Origin: Squalus acanthias
Taxonomy: Eukaryota
Length of the DNA: 64,000 bases
NCBI GenBank assembly: GCA_030390025.1
Contig: JASTWF010000036.1
Coordinates: forward strand, 558,001 to 622,000
Reading direction: 5' to 3'
Position 1 is the first letter of the stretch, and each line of letters opens with the position of its first letter. Shown here piece by piece: positions 51,210 to 63,193 of the stretch. The position numbers and the translations under genes were made by a program. The notes below the pieces were generated by a model, which was not told where the DNA came from, did no database searches, and saw only the letters and a list, made by a program, of their open reading frames with translations.

Positions 51210-53500
51210 AGCTGGAATATAAAAGAGGTGGAAGTTATACTTCAGTTGTATAAAGCCCGTCTGGAGCGACTGTGTTCAGTCCCGGGGCCCCGCACCTCAG
51301 GAAGGATATATTGGCCTCGGAGGGGGAGCAGCGCAGATTCACCAGAATGATACCCCGGGGGCTAAAAGGGGTTAAATTGCGAGGACAGGTTGCACAGACC
51401 AGGCTTGTGTTCCCTCGAGTGTAGAAGATTAAGGGGTGATCTGATCGAGGTGTTTAAGATGATTAAAGGATTCGATAGGATCGATAGAGAGAGAGACTAT
51501 TTCCTCTGGTGGGGGGAGTCCAGAACAAGGGGGGGGCGTAACCTTAAAATTAGAGCCAGGCCGTTCAGGGGTGATGTCAGGAAGCACTTCTTCACACAAA
51601 GGGTTGTGGAAATCTGGGACGCTCTCCCCCAAAAAGCTGTCGAGGCTGGGGGTCAATTGGAGCTTTCAAAACTGAGATCGATAGATTTTTCTTGGGTAAG
51701 GGTATTAAGGGTTCCGGAACCAAGGCGGGTAGATGCAGTCAAGATACAGATCGGCCCTGATCTGATTGAATGGGGGAACAGGCTCGAGGGGGCTGAATGG
51801 CCTCCTCCTGTTCCTAATGTAACAGGCTCAAGGGGGCTGAATGGCCTCCTCCTGTTCCTAATGCAACAGAGCTCGAGGGGGCTGAATGGCCTCCTCCTGT
51901 TACTGATGTAACAGGCTCGAGGGGCTGAACGGCCTCCTCCTGTTCCTAATGTAACAGGCTCGAGGGGGCTGAATGGCCTCCTCCTGTTCCTGATGTAACA
52001 GGCTCAAGGGGGCTGAATGGCCTCCTCCTGTTCCTAATGCAACAGAGCTCGAGGGGGCTGAATGGCCTCCTCCTGTTCCTAATGTAACAGGCTCGAGGGG
52101 CTGAACGGCCTCCTCCTGTTCCTAATGTAACAGGCTCGAGGGGCTGAATGGCCTCCTCCTGTTCCTAATGTAACAGGCTCGAGGGGCTGAACGGCCTCCT
52201 CCTGTTCCTAATGTAACAGGCTCGAGGGGGGCTGAATGTCCTCCCCCTGTTCCTAATGTAACAGGCTCGAGGGGAGCTGAATGGCCTCCTCCTGTTCCTA
52301 ATCTAACAGGCTCGAGGGTGCTGATTGGCCTCCCCCTGTTCCTAATGTAACAGGCTCGAGGGGGGCTGACCGGCCTCCTCCTGTTCCTAATCTAACAGGC
52401 TCGAGGGGGCTGAACGGCCTCCTCCTGTTCCTAATGTAACAGGCTCGAGGGGGGCTGAATGGCCTCCTCCTGTTCCTAATGTAACAGGCTCGAGGGGGCT
52501 GAATGGCCTCCTCCTGTTCCTAATGTAACAGGCTCGAGGAGGCTAAATGGCCTCCTCCTGTTCCTAATGTCACAGGCTCGATGGGGGCTGAATGGCCTCC
52601 TCCTGTTCCTAATGTAACAGGCTCGAGGGGCTGAACGGCCTCCCCCTGTTCCTAATGTAACAGGCTCGAGGGGAGCTGAATGGCCTCCTCCTGTTCCTAA
52701 TCTAACAGGCTCGAGGGGGCTGAATGGCCTCCCCCTGTTCCTAATGTAACAGGCTCGAGGGGAGCTGAATGGCCTCCTCCTGTTCCTAATGTAACAGGCT
52801 CGAGGGTGCTGATTGGCCTCCCCCTGTTCCTAATGTAACAGGCTCGAGGGGGGCTGACCGGCCTCCTCCTGTTCCTAATCTAACAGGCTCGAGGGGGCTG
52901 AACGGCCTCCTCCTGTTCCTAATGTAACAGGCTCGAGGGGGGCTGAATGGCCTCCTCCTGTTCCTAATGTAACAGGCTCGAGGGGGCTGAATGGCCTCCT
53001 CCTGTTCCTAATGTAACAGGCTCGAGGAGGCTAAATGGCCTCCTCCTGTTCCTAATGTCACAGGCTCGATGGGGGCTGAATGGCCTCCTCCTGTTCCTAA
53101 TGTAACAGGCTCGAGGGGGCTGAACGGCCTCCTCCTGTTTCTAATGTAACAGGCTCGAGGGGGGCTGAATGGCCTCCTCCTGTTCCTAATGTATCAGGCT
53201 CGAGGGGGCTGAACGGCCTCCTCCTGTTTCTAATGTAACAGGCTCGAGGGGGCTGAATGGCCTCCTCCTGTTCCTAATCTAACAGGCTCGAGGGGGCTGA
53301 ATGGCCTCCCCCTGTTCCTAATCTAACGGGCTCGATGGGGGCTGAATGGCCTCCCCCTGTTCCTAATGTAACAGGCTCGAGAAGGGCTGAATGGCCTCCT
53401 CCTGTTCCTAATGTAACAGGCTCGAGAAGGGCTGAATGGCCTCCTCCTGTTCCTAATGTAACAGGCTCGAGGGGGGCTGAATGGCCTCCTCCGGTTCCTG
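51210..53500 (+). mobile_element. CR1 3' fragment whose terminal 43-45 bp is amplified into a ~1.7 kb array (51775-53500)
   Basis: ORF 51390..51911 runs from CR1 ORF2 into tandem AACAGGCTCGAGGGGGCTGAATGGCCTCCTCCTGTTCCTAATGT. Confidence 0.92.
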
Positions 53501-54119
53501 TGCCTCTGTCGTTCTTACGAGACCCATCCGCCACAATCGATCGACCTTCCACTGACCCCGTTATATATATTTTAAAGAAAGGCACTCGACCTGCCTGGTG
53601 ACTATTGCGACTCTCTGCTAATAGCGACCGACCTCAGTCCGATGGCAGGCAAGGTGTTTCAGCCCCACACAGCGGAAACGGCTGCCCAGCCTACGGACCA
53701 CACACCTTCCTGTGTGTACTTTCCCTGCCCACCCCTTCCAGCCATTGCGGGGATTGGTGGGTGGTGGGCAGGTGAGGGGGTGCGTCCTGTCCGGCGTCAG
53801 GTGCGAGGTCTCGCCGCAGAGGCCAACGGAAGGTGGTAGGTGCGTAGCGTCCACGGTTTTGATCTCGCCGAGAGCGAGGCCTGCTCGACTTTCCACCCTC
53901 CTCCGGTGCCGAGAGAGGCGCTTTGGGGAAAGCACGACTGGTTGGGTGTGGGGGGAGGAGAGGGGCCACGCTTGCTCACAGACCGGCTTGGCAGGACCGA
54001 CCCTTTCGGAGAGCAACAACTGCACTTCGGAAGTAACCCGTGGTTTTCCATGGAGGATTTTTGGGAAGTCCCAGGGACGTGATGTGGCACTCGATCACCG
54101 CCAGTTCTTCAGAAAGCAG

Positions 54120-54862
54120 AAAGGGATAAAGGAAGACAGGCAGAAAGTAAGACAGAGAGAAAGATAGAAGGAAGGAAGACAGAAAGGAGAGAGAGAAGAA
54201 AGAGAGAGAGAGAGAGAGAGAAAGAAAGAAGGAACGAGAAAGAGAGAGCGAGAGAAAGAAAGAGAGAAAGAAGGAAAGACAGAAAGGGAGGAGAGAGAGA
54301 GAAAAGGAAGGAAGACAGAAAGGAGAGAGAGAGAGAGAAGAAAGAGAAAGAAAGAGCGAGAGAAAGAAGGAACGAGAGAGAGAAAGAAAGAAAGAGAGAA
54401 AGAAGGAAAGACAGAAAGGGAGGAAAGAGAGAGAGAGAGAGAGAAGGAAGGAAGACAAGGAAAGACAGAAAGGAGCGAGAGACAGAGAGAGAAGAAAGAG
54501 AGAGAAAGAAAGAAGGAATGAGAAAGAGAAAGAAGGAAAGACAGAAAGGGAGGAAAGAGAGAGAGAGAAGGAAGGAAGACAGAAGGAAAGACGGAGAGAA
54601 GAGAAAGAAAGAGAAAGAAAGAAGGAACGAGAAAGAGAGAACAAGAGAGAGAAAGAAAGAGAGAAAGAAGGAAAGACAGAAAGGGAGGAGAGAGAGAAAG
54701 GGAGGAGAGAGAGAAAGGGAGGAGAGAGAGAAAGAGAGAGAGCGAGAAAGGGAGGAGAGAGAGAAAGAGAGAGAGACTGAGAGGGAGGAGAGAGAGAAAG
54801 AAAAGACAAAGGAAGAGAAAGAGAGCGAGAGAGAGACTGAGAGGGAGAGAAAGAAAGAATGA
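54120..54862. repeat. GA/GAAA purine-rich low-complexity tract
   Basis: Directly visible. Confidence 0.94.
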
Positions 54863-54933
54863 AAGGCAGACAGATTTAGAAACTCGGTGAATGAATATAT
54901 AACTTCATATGTAGAAAAGCCTTTTCCTTTCCG

Positions 54934-54939
54934 TTTATT
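54934..54939 (-). terminator. Candidate AATAAA polyadenylation signal for the ARHGAP gene
   Basis: TTTATT on + strand at the end of an AT-rich unique block (54890-55630), ~3.2 kb past the stop codon and followed on - strand by a pyrimidine-rich tract. Confidence 0.35.
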
Positions 54940-55639
54940 GTGCAAATGCTTTTGGTCGACAGGTGTAAAATATATATTCTATATTAAAAAAAAACTTCAA
55001 TACATTTTCCCCCCTGAATTTTCACACGTTCCGATATTTACAGCCAAGTACAAAAGGCGTAGTCTTTCACAAAAACACACGGAAGTATATGTAGAACTTC
55101 CTTTTTAAAATAATGCAACGCTCGCTGGAGGTGGAGCGAGAGAGAGAGAGACTCGAGCAGGTTCACCGGGAGATGAGACACCCTGAGCTCGTGGCTGGAA
55201 TCTGATGCCGGGAGGGTGGGGGGGTGGGGGGGCGGTGAATGAAGTCAACTTGTTCCCGCTAGGGGTTCGGAGAAGTGTTCGCGCCCACCTCTATGGGGAA
55301 TGAGACCCCCCCACCCTCCCTCCCCACCGTTATTTGGGAATCCACTCCTTGCCCCAACACGCTGCATTTATTTCGGATTAATACGACAGTCTGGTGATCT
55401 GATGCTTGCGCGCGCACACGCAGGCAAAGTCGCACCTACTGGGGACACTGACAGTACCTGTCCCTTTCCCCCCATGCCTCGCCACCCTCCTCTGCCTGCC
55501 ATGCTAGGTGCAAGATCAGAATCTGGGGACTCGCCATTGTCTAAACGGTCTTTCATTACCAAGGGCAGAGGCTCCACCGTGCTTACAGGCGACAGTCAAG
55601 AATATAAATAAATAGTTCCCGTTTTTTATATATAATATC

Positions 55640-56382
55640 TGGAGGGAGCTTTACTCTGTATCTAACCCCGTGCTGTACCTGCCCTGGGAGTGTTTGATGG
55701 GACAGTGTAGAGGGAGCTTTACTCTGTATCTAACCCGTGCTGTACCTGCCCTGGGAGTGTTTGATGGGACATTGTAGAGGGAGCTTTACTCTGTATCTAA
55801 CCCGTGCTGTACCTGCCCTGGGAGTGTTTGATGGGACAGTGTAGAGGGAGCTTTACTCTGTATCTAACCCGTGCTGTACCTGCCCTGGGAGTGTTTGATG
55901 GGACAGTGTAGAGGGAGCTTTACTCTGTATCTAACCCGTGCTGTACCTGCCCTGGGAGTGTTTGATGGGACAGTGTAGAGGGAGCTTTACTCTGTATTTA
56001 ACCCGTGCTGTACCTGCCCTGTGAGTGTTTGATGGGATAGTGTCGAGGGAGCTTTACTCTGTATCTAACCTGTGCTGGACCTGCCCTGGGAGTGTTTGAT
56101 GGGACAGTGTAGAGGGAGCTTTACTCTGTATCTAAACCCGTGCTGTACCTGCCCTGAGAGTGTTTGATGGGACAGTGTAGAGGGAGCTTTACTCTGTATC
56201 TAAACCCGTGATGTACCTGCCCTGGGAGTGTTTGATGGGACAGTGTAGAGGGAGCTTTACTCTGTATCTAAACCCGTGATGTACCTGCCCTGGGAGTGTT
56301 TGATGGGACAGTGTAGAGGGAGCTTTACTCTGTATCTAACCCCGTGCTGTACCTGCCCTGGGAGTGTTTGACGAGACAGTGT
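55640..56382. repeat. 67-68-bp minisatellite
   Basis: Same family and orientation as 12400-13331. Confidence 0.95.
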
Positions 56383-56821
56383 GGTGGCGGGGAAGGAGAG
56401 GTAAATTGACAGAGGAAAATATCAAGGTGGTTTCCAGCATGTGGTCGGTAGCGACGCCATAGGGATGCTGTGAACGGTCAGACCACGTGGGAGGACTAGA
56501 TCGAGGCAAGGCGATCAAAGCAGAGGTGTGTGTGTGTGTAAAAATCCCCTTTCAGGTCAGCAAGTAGTGAGATGCTGTGCGTAACTCACTCCACCTCGCC
56601 CACTCCCCGCACCCAGCTTCTCACAGTCTCTGTTCAGTCTACGCAGCCTCTCCCTCCCCGGAGCAACCCTGCTACACTGAAGCCCCGGTCGCTCGAGAGC
56701 CCCTAAACGGAAAGGCGGAAGCGTAGCCTTCTGATCCCGCACGGAAACCCTTCCCGAAGCTGGAAAGATCACGAGGCCCCAGTTTGGATCGAGTTCGCCA
56801 ATCTCAGGGTAGAAGGAAAAT

Positions 56822-57497
56822 GAAGACTCGCATTTCTCCGGCGCTTTTCACCACCTCAGGATGTCCCAAAGCGCTTTACAGCCAATGAAGTACTTTTTTT
56901 GAAGTGTAGTCACTGTTGTAATGTAGGAAAACATCAGCAGCCAATTTGCGCACAGCAAGCTCCCACAAACAGCAATGTGATAAATGACCAGATCATCTGT
57001 TTTTTTTAGTGATGTTGGTTGAGGGATAAATATTGGCCCCAGGACACTGGGGAGAAATCCCCTGCTTTTCTTCGAAATAGTGGCCCGTGGGATCTTTGAC
57101 GTCCACCTGAGAGGGCTGATGGGGTCTCGGTTCAGCATCTCATCCGAAAGACGGCACCTCCGACAGTGCGGCGCTCCCTCAGTACTGACCCTCAGACAGT
57201 GCAGCGCTCCCTCAGTACTGCCCCTTCGACAGTGCGGCGCTCCCTCAGTACCGCCCCTCCGACAGTGCGGCGCTCCTTCAGTACTGACCCTCAGACAGTG
57301 CAGCGCTCCCTCAGTACTGCCCCTCTGACAGTGCGGCGCTCCCTCAGTACTGCCCCTCCGACAGTGCGGCGCTCCCTCAGTACTGCCCCTCCGACAGTGC
57401 GGCGCTCCCTCAGTACTGGCACCGGGAGTGTCCGCCTGGATTATGGGGCTCGAGTCTCTGGAGTCGGGGGGGGGGCTCGAACCCACAACCTTCTGAT
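56822..57497 (-). mobile_element. Deu-domain SINE with short 33-bp array
   Basis: Tail, Deu core, array and head with B-box-like sequence. Confidence 0.88.
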
Positions 57498-58173
57498 TTT
57501 TTTTGTTTTTGTTCCTCTTGTCTGCAAATCTCGCTCTTAATGCAGAGGCCAAAACCCCAGCTGTTCGATTCACCCAGAAAAGCCACGCCCCGACCAGGCG
57601 GCATGGGTAACGTTACACATTGCTTCAGATCGCAACCCCGCTCGTGGGTGAAAGGCCGAAGGGGAAGGCTCGGCTTCTGGACTCCGATGCCAGTCACGTC
57701 TCTCTCCAGGAGCGTCTCAAAGTGCAATGTGACGGGGCTGCGTCTCATTGGGTAGCACGCTCTCTCTCTCTCTCTTCACTGGGCCCTGAAACCGAGGCCC
57801 CCGTCTGCTCTCTCGGGCGCACGTCAAAGGCCACTCTTTCCAAGAGGAGCCCTCGGCCAATATTCCTCCCTCAACCAACACCTGAAGACAGACGATCTGG
57901 CAACGACCCGTCGAGAGCGGCGCGGAGGGGCAGGGGCGGAAACCCTGCGTGCGCTGCGCACGAGGAGCGAGAGAGAGGCGGCGGTGGGAAAACTCCGCGG
58001 CGCGGAACCCGCCGTCGCCCCCCCCCCCCGCCCCCCCGGCTCGGAATACTGTCGGAGGGCGGCGGCGGCTCATGAACTGTTCCTCGAGACCCGCTGGGGG
58101 TCTGGCTCAGATTCCCTGTACAGAGTCCTGTGCTGGGGCGGGGCGAGAAGGCGATGGGGCAGCGAATCTGCCG

Positions 58174-58363
58174 TCAGAGGGGCTCCTTCAGGCTGGCGAA
58201 GATGGTGTCGTACTCCAGCAGGATCAGCTCCACGATCTGATTCTGGTAGACCATGTGGACCGCCATGTTGAGGAAGTCCTTCTCTGGCCGCAGCAGGGTA
58301 GGGCCGAAGACGATGGCCATGCTCTGGGCCGTCATGCGGTTCACCTGGCAATGATCGGCCACC
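58174..58363 (-). CDS. ARHGAP12/15-like: RhoGAP last coding exon with TGA stop
   Basis: VADHCQVNRMTAQSMAIVFGPTLLRPEKDFLNMAVHMVYQNQIVELILLEYDTIFASLKEPL*; NRM...AIVFGPTLL RhoGAP signature and the VYQNQIVELIL subfamily tail. Confidence 0.95.
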
Positions 58364-58431
58364 CTAAGGTCAGTGGGGTAAATAAAATCCAGGTCAGTCG
58401 AAGAAAAGGAAGAAAGAACTCACCGTTATAC

Positions 58432-60012
58432 CCAGCGCCTTTCACCACCTCAGGACGTCCCAAAGCGCTCCCCAGCCAATCAAGTACTTTTTTTTTTGAA
58501 GTTGTAATGTGGGAAACGCGGCAGCCAATTTGCGCACAGCAAGCTCCCACAAACAGCAATGTGATGAATGACCAGATCATCTGTTTTCGTGATGTTGGTT
58601 GAAGGATAAATATTGGCCCCAGGACACCGGGGAGAACTCCCCCCCCCTGCCCCCTGCTCTTCTTCGAATAGTGGCCGTGGGATCTTTTACAGCGCTTCCT
58701 CAGTACTGCCCCTCTGACAGTGCGGCGCTCCCTCAGTACTGCCCCTCCCACAGTGCGCGCTCCATCAGTACCGCCCCTCCGACAGTGCGGCGCTCCCTCA
58801 GTACTGCACCCTCCGACAGTGCGGCGCTCCCTCAGTACCGCCCCTCCGACAGTGCGGCGCTCCATCAGTACCGCCCCTCCGACAGTGCGGCGCTCCCTCA
58901 GTACTGCCCCTCCGACAGTACGGCGCTCCCTCAGTACTGCACCCTCCGACAGTGCGGTGCTCCCTCAGTACTGACCCTCCGACAGTGCGCGCTCCATCAG
59001 TACCGCCCCTCCGACAGTGCGGCGCTCCCTCAGTACCGCCCCTCCGACAATGCGGCGCTCCCTCAGTACCGCCCCTCCGACAGTGCGGTGCTCCCTCACT
59101 ACCGCCCCTCCGACAGTGCGGCGCTCCCTCAGTATCGCCCCTCCGACAGTACGGCACTCCCTCAGTACTGCCCCTCCCACAGTGCGGTGCTCCCTCAGTA
59201 CCGCCCCTCCGACAGTGCGGCGCTCCCTCAGTACTGCCCCTCCGACAGTGCGGTGCTCCCTCAGTACCGCCCCTCCGACAGTGCGGCGCTCCATCAGTAC
59301 CGCCCCTCCGACAGTGCGGCGCTCCCTCAGTACTGCCCCTCCGACAGTACGGCGCTCCCTCAGTACTGCACCCTCCGACAGTGCGGCGCTCCCTCAGTAC
59401 TGCACCCTCCGACAGTGCGGTGCTCCCTCAGTACCGCCCCTCCGACAGTGCGGCGCTCCATCAGTACCGCCCCTCCGACAGTGCGGCGCTCCCTCAGTAC
59501 TGCCCCTCCGACAGTACGGCGCTCCCTCAGTACTGCACCCTCCGACAGTGCGGTGCTCCCTCAGTACTGACCCTCCGACAGTGCGCGCTCCATCAGTACC
59601 GCCCCTCCGACAGTGCGGCGCTCCCTCAGTACCGCCCCTCCGACAATGCGGCGCTCCCTCAGTACCGCCCCTCCGACAGTGCGGTGCTCCCTCACTACCG
59701 CCCCTCCGACAGTGCGGCGCTCCCTCAGTATCGCCCCTCCGACAGTACGGCACTCCCTCAGTACTGCCCCTCCCACAGTGCGGTGCTCCCTCAGTACCGC
59801 CCCTCCGACAGTGCAGCGCTCCCTCGGTACTGAGCGCTCTCAGTACCGCCCCTCCGACAGTGCGGCCCTCCCTCAGTACCGCCCCTCCGACAGTGCGGCG
59901 CTCCCTCAGTACTGCCCCTCCGAAGTGTGGCGCTCCCTCGGTACTGAGCGCCCTCAGTACCGCCCCTCCGACAGTGCGGTGCTCCCTCAGTACCGCCTCT
60001 CCGACAGTGCAG
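58432..60012 (-). mobile_element. Deu-domain SINE with ~1.3 kb 33-bp array in the last ARHGAP intron
   Basis: Deu core plus array with a 596-bp internal duplication (identical ORFs ending at 59157 and 59753). Confidence 0.88.
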
Positions 60013-60070
60013 AGGGCTACGGGAGGGGGAGGGGACAGTCTTACAGAGAAGTGAAAAGTTAGTCACTCAC

Positions 60071-60176
60071 TTTTTCATATGTTTAAACATGGCGTTCATG
60101 GTGTCCCGGTTGGGTCTTGGCAGATTGAGCACCAGCCGTTTGATGTTCTCCAGACGCTCGGAAGAATCAACGATTT
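60071..60176 (-). CDS. ARHGAP12/15-like: RhoGAP domain penultimate coding exon
   Basis: KIVDSSERLENIKRLVLNLPRPNRDTMNAMFKHMKK; acceptor ttctttgtag, donor AA|GTGAGT; phases join both neighbouring exons in frame. Confidence 0.92.
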
Positions 60177-60267
60177 CTACAAAGAATAAAAATTTAAATT
60201 AGGAAAGTGCACCCACGCAACCCCGACCCTTCTGATTGTTGCCTCCTGAATACACGGCGCGAGAGAG

Positions 60268-60795
60268 AGTGTGTGATGGGGAGACCAGGTCTGTGCGCAG
60301 TGCTCCAAGTGTGTGATGTGGAGACCAGGTCTGTGCACAGTGCTCCAAGTGTGTGATGTGGAGACCAGAACTGTGCGCAGTGCTCCAAGTGTGTGATAGG
60401 GAGACCAGAACTGTGCGCAGTGCTCCAAGTGTGTGATAGGGAGACCAGAACTGTGCGCAGTGCTCCAAGTGTGCGATAGGGAGACCAGAACTGTGCGCAG
60501 TGCTCCAAGTGTGTGATAGGGAGACCAGAACTGTGCACAGTGCTCCAAGTGTGTGATATGGAGACCAGGTCTGTGCACAGTGCTCCAAGTGTGTGATGTG
60601 GAGACCAGGTCTGTGCACAGTGCTCCAAGTGTGTGATAGGGAGACCAGGTCTGTGCACAGTGCTCCAAGTGTGTGATAAGGAGACCAGAACTGTACGCAG
60701 TGCTCCAAAAGTGTGATATATAAGGAGACCAGAACTGTGCGCAGTGCTCCAAGTGTGTGATGTGGAGACCAGAACTGTGCACAGGGCTCCAAGCG
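60268..60795 (-). repeat. 40-bp minisatellite derived from CR1 ORF2 (HLEHCAQFWSPY segment)
   Basis: Unit GAGACCAGAACTGTGCGCAGTGCTCCAAGTGTGTGATAGG; its - strand encodes the CR1 motif HLE(Y/H)C(V/A)QFWSP. Confidence 0.9.
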
Positions 60796-61427
60796 TGCAG
60801 CGCGAGTCTGAGCTCGCACGTGCAGAGTGATATGCGGTGAGATGAGCCGTTCCCACCTGTGCTCTCACACCGAGGTCTGTCTGGGAGGTGTCGAAGTGGC
60901 TTTGCTGTCTCCAGGTCATGAACCTGCAGACAGGGCTGCATTGCGGTTCAGCGCAGGCAGAGAGAGGGTGAAAAAACCTCACACGTGTTGACACGTGTTA
61001 GACAGCAGTCTTTATATATCGTCGATGTAAAAGCTAACTAACCCCAGGCACTGGAGAAGGTGCAAGAAAGATTCGCAAGGATAGTACCAGAACTGAGAGG
61101 TCACAATTACACAGAACGCGCAGCACAGGAAGAGGCCATTCGACCCAACGTGTCCGTGCCGGTGTTTATGCTCCACACGAGCCTCCTCCCACCCCTACTT
61201 CATCTCACCCCATCACCATATCCTTCTATTCCTTTCTCCCTCATGTGTTTATCCAGCTTCCCCCTTATTAAATGCATCTACGCTAGTCGCCTTCACCACT
61301 CCCTGTGGGAGCGAGTTCCACATTCTCCCCACTCTCTGGGAGAAGAAGTTTCTCCTGAATTCCCCATTGGATTTCTCGGTGACTATCTGAGATTGGTGGC
61401 CTCTAGTTCTGGTCTCCCCCCACACAA

Positions 61428-61746
61428 GGGGCAACATGGTGGCATAGTGGTTAGCACTGTTGCCTCACAGCGCCAGGGACCCGGGTTCGAATCCGGCCTC
61501 GGGTGACTGTCTGTGTGGAGTTTGCACATTCTCCCCGTGTCTGCGTGGGTTTCCTCCGGGTGCTCCGGTTTTCTCCCACAGTCCAAAGATGTGCGGGTTA
61601 GGTTGATTTGGCTATGATAAATTGACCCTTCGTGTTGGGGGGGATTAAATACGTGGGGTTACGGGGATAGGATGGGATATGTGTCGGTGCAGGCTCGATG
61701 GGCCGAAATGGCCTCTATCTGCACTGTGGGGATTCTGTGATTCTCT
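61428..61746 (+). mobile_element. tRNA-derived V-SINE (HE1-like)
   Basis: A box TGGCATAGTGG, B box GGTTCGAATCC, V-domain TGTGTGGAGTTTGCACATTCTCCCCGTGTCTGCGTGGGTTTCCTCCGGGTGCTCCGG and a CR1-like 3' tail. Confidence 0.9.
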
Positions 61747-61799
61747 CTGCATCTACTCTATCATTACAGCACGGAAGAAGGCCCATTCGGCCCGTTGAT

Positions 61800-62347
61800 C
61801 ATCAGGAGAGATTGAACAGGCTGGGGCTCTTTTCTCTAGAAAAGAGAAGGCTGAGGGGTGACCTGATAGAGGTCTTCGATAAGGTAGACGTAGAGATCTT
61901 TCTACTTGCAGGGAGTCCAAAACTGGGGACCATCAATATAAGATAGTCACTAATAAATCCTATCAGGAATTCAGGAGAAACTTCTTTCCCCAGAGAGTGG
62001 TGAGAATGTGGAACTCGCTACCACAGGGAGTGGTTGAGGCGAATAGCAGAATAACATAAGATGTAGGAGCAGGAGTAGGTCATTCGGCCCCTCGAGCCTG
62101 CTCTGCCATTCAATGAGATCATGGCTGATTTTCGACCTCAACTCCACTTTCCCGCCTGATCCCCATATCCCTCGATTCCCCTAGAGTCCAAAAATCTATC
62201 GATCTCAGCCTTGAATATATTCAACGACTGAGCCTCCACAGCCCTCTGGGGTAGAGAATTCCAAAGATTCACTACCCTCTGAGTGAAGAAATTCCTCCTC
62301 ATCTCAGTCCTAAATGGCCGACCCCTTATCCTGAGACTGTGACCCCT
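61800..62347. mobile_element. Tail-to-tail CR1 fragments (+ 61800-62048; - 62050-62347)
   Basis: ERLNRLGLFSLEKRRLRGDL on + strand; [21 protein letters not shown] on - strand. Confidence 0.85.
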
Positions 62348-62519
62348 CGTGACTAACCCTTGCCCCTGCACACCTCTCAGGTCTCAGACTGATGCTGAGT
62401 TAGCAGATCACAGATGGTGTGTAATTTGCCTTCGTCCCCTTGAGTTAGTAATTGAGGGGGGGGTGGGGGAAATCAGCCAGGGTTCCTGCTCATGGTTCCT
62501 ACTTAATGTGTCCGCCATA

Positions 62520-63092
62520 GCTCGGTTGGTAGGTCGTGGGTAAGAGTCTCACTGCAGAGACTTGGGCACAAAATCTAGGCCGACACTCTCAGTGCCAGCA
62601 CCGAGGGAGCGCTGCACTGTCGGAGGGGCAGTACTGAGGGAGCGCCGCACTGTCGGAGGGGCAGTACTGAGGGAGCGCCGCACTGTCGGAGGGGCAGTAC
62701 TGAGGGAGCGCCGCACTGTCGGAGGGGCAGTACTGAGGGAGCGCCGCACTGTCGGAGAGGCGGTACTGAGGGAGCGCCGCACTGTCGGAGGTGCAGTACT
62801 GAGGGAGCACCGCATTGTCGGAGGGGCAGTACTGAGGGAGCGCCGCACTGTCGGAGAGGCGGTACTGAGGGAGCGCCGCACTGTCGGAGGGGCAGTACTG
62901 AGGGAGCGCCGCACTGTCGGAGAGGCGGTACTGAGGGAGCGCCGCACTGTCGGAGGGGCAATACTGAGGGAGCGCCGCACTGTCGGAGGGGCAGTACTGA
63001 CGGAGCGCCGCACTGTCGGAGGGGCGGTACTGAGGGAGCGCCGCACTGTCGGAGGGGCCGTCTTTCAGATGAGACGTTAAACTGAGGCCCGC
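62520..63092 (+). mobile_element. Deu-domain SINE 5' part with 33-bp array
   Basis: Degenerate head, array and start of the Deu core. Confidence 0.83.
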
Positions 63093-63193
63093 ACTGTGTA
63101 ACCGCGCTCGCTCTCTGCCCATTCAGACAGGGCGGGGTCTCTCTGTGTAACCGCGCTCACTCGGACTGGGGCAGGGAGCGGCACTTCACTTAC

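Noticed and set aside
53600..54110. GC-rich unique segment with short overlapping ORFs between the two genes (e.g. a GTDC1 remnant)
   Set aside because: No recognisable protein motif or exon structure in any frame.
61428..61505. tRNA gene
   Set aside because: The A/B boxes run straight into a V-domain and LINE-like tail, so this is a SINE head.
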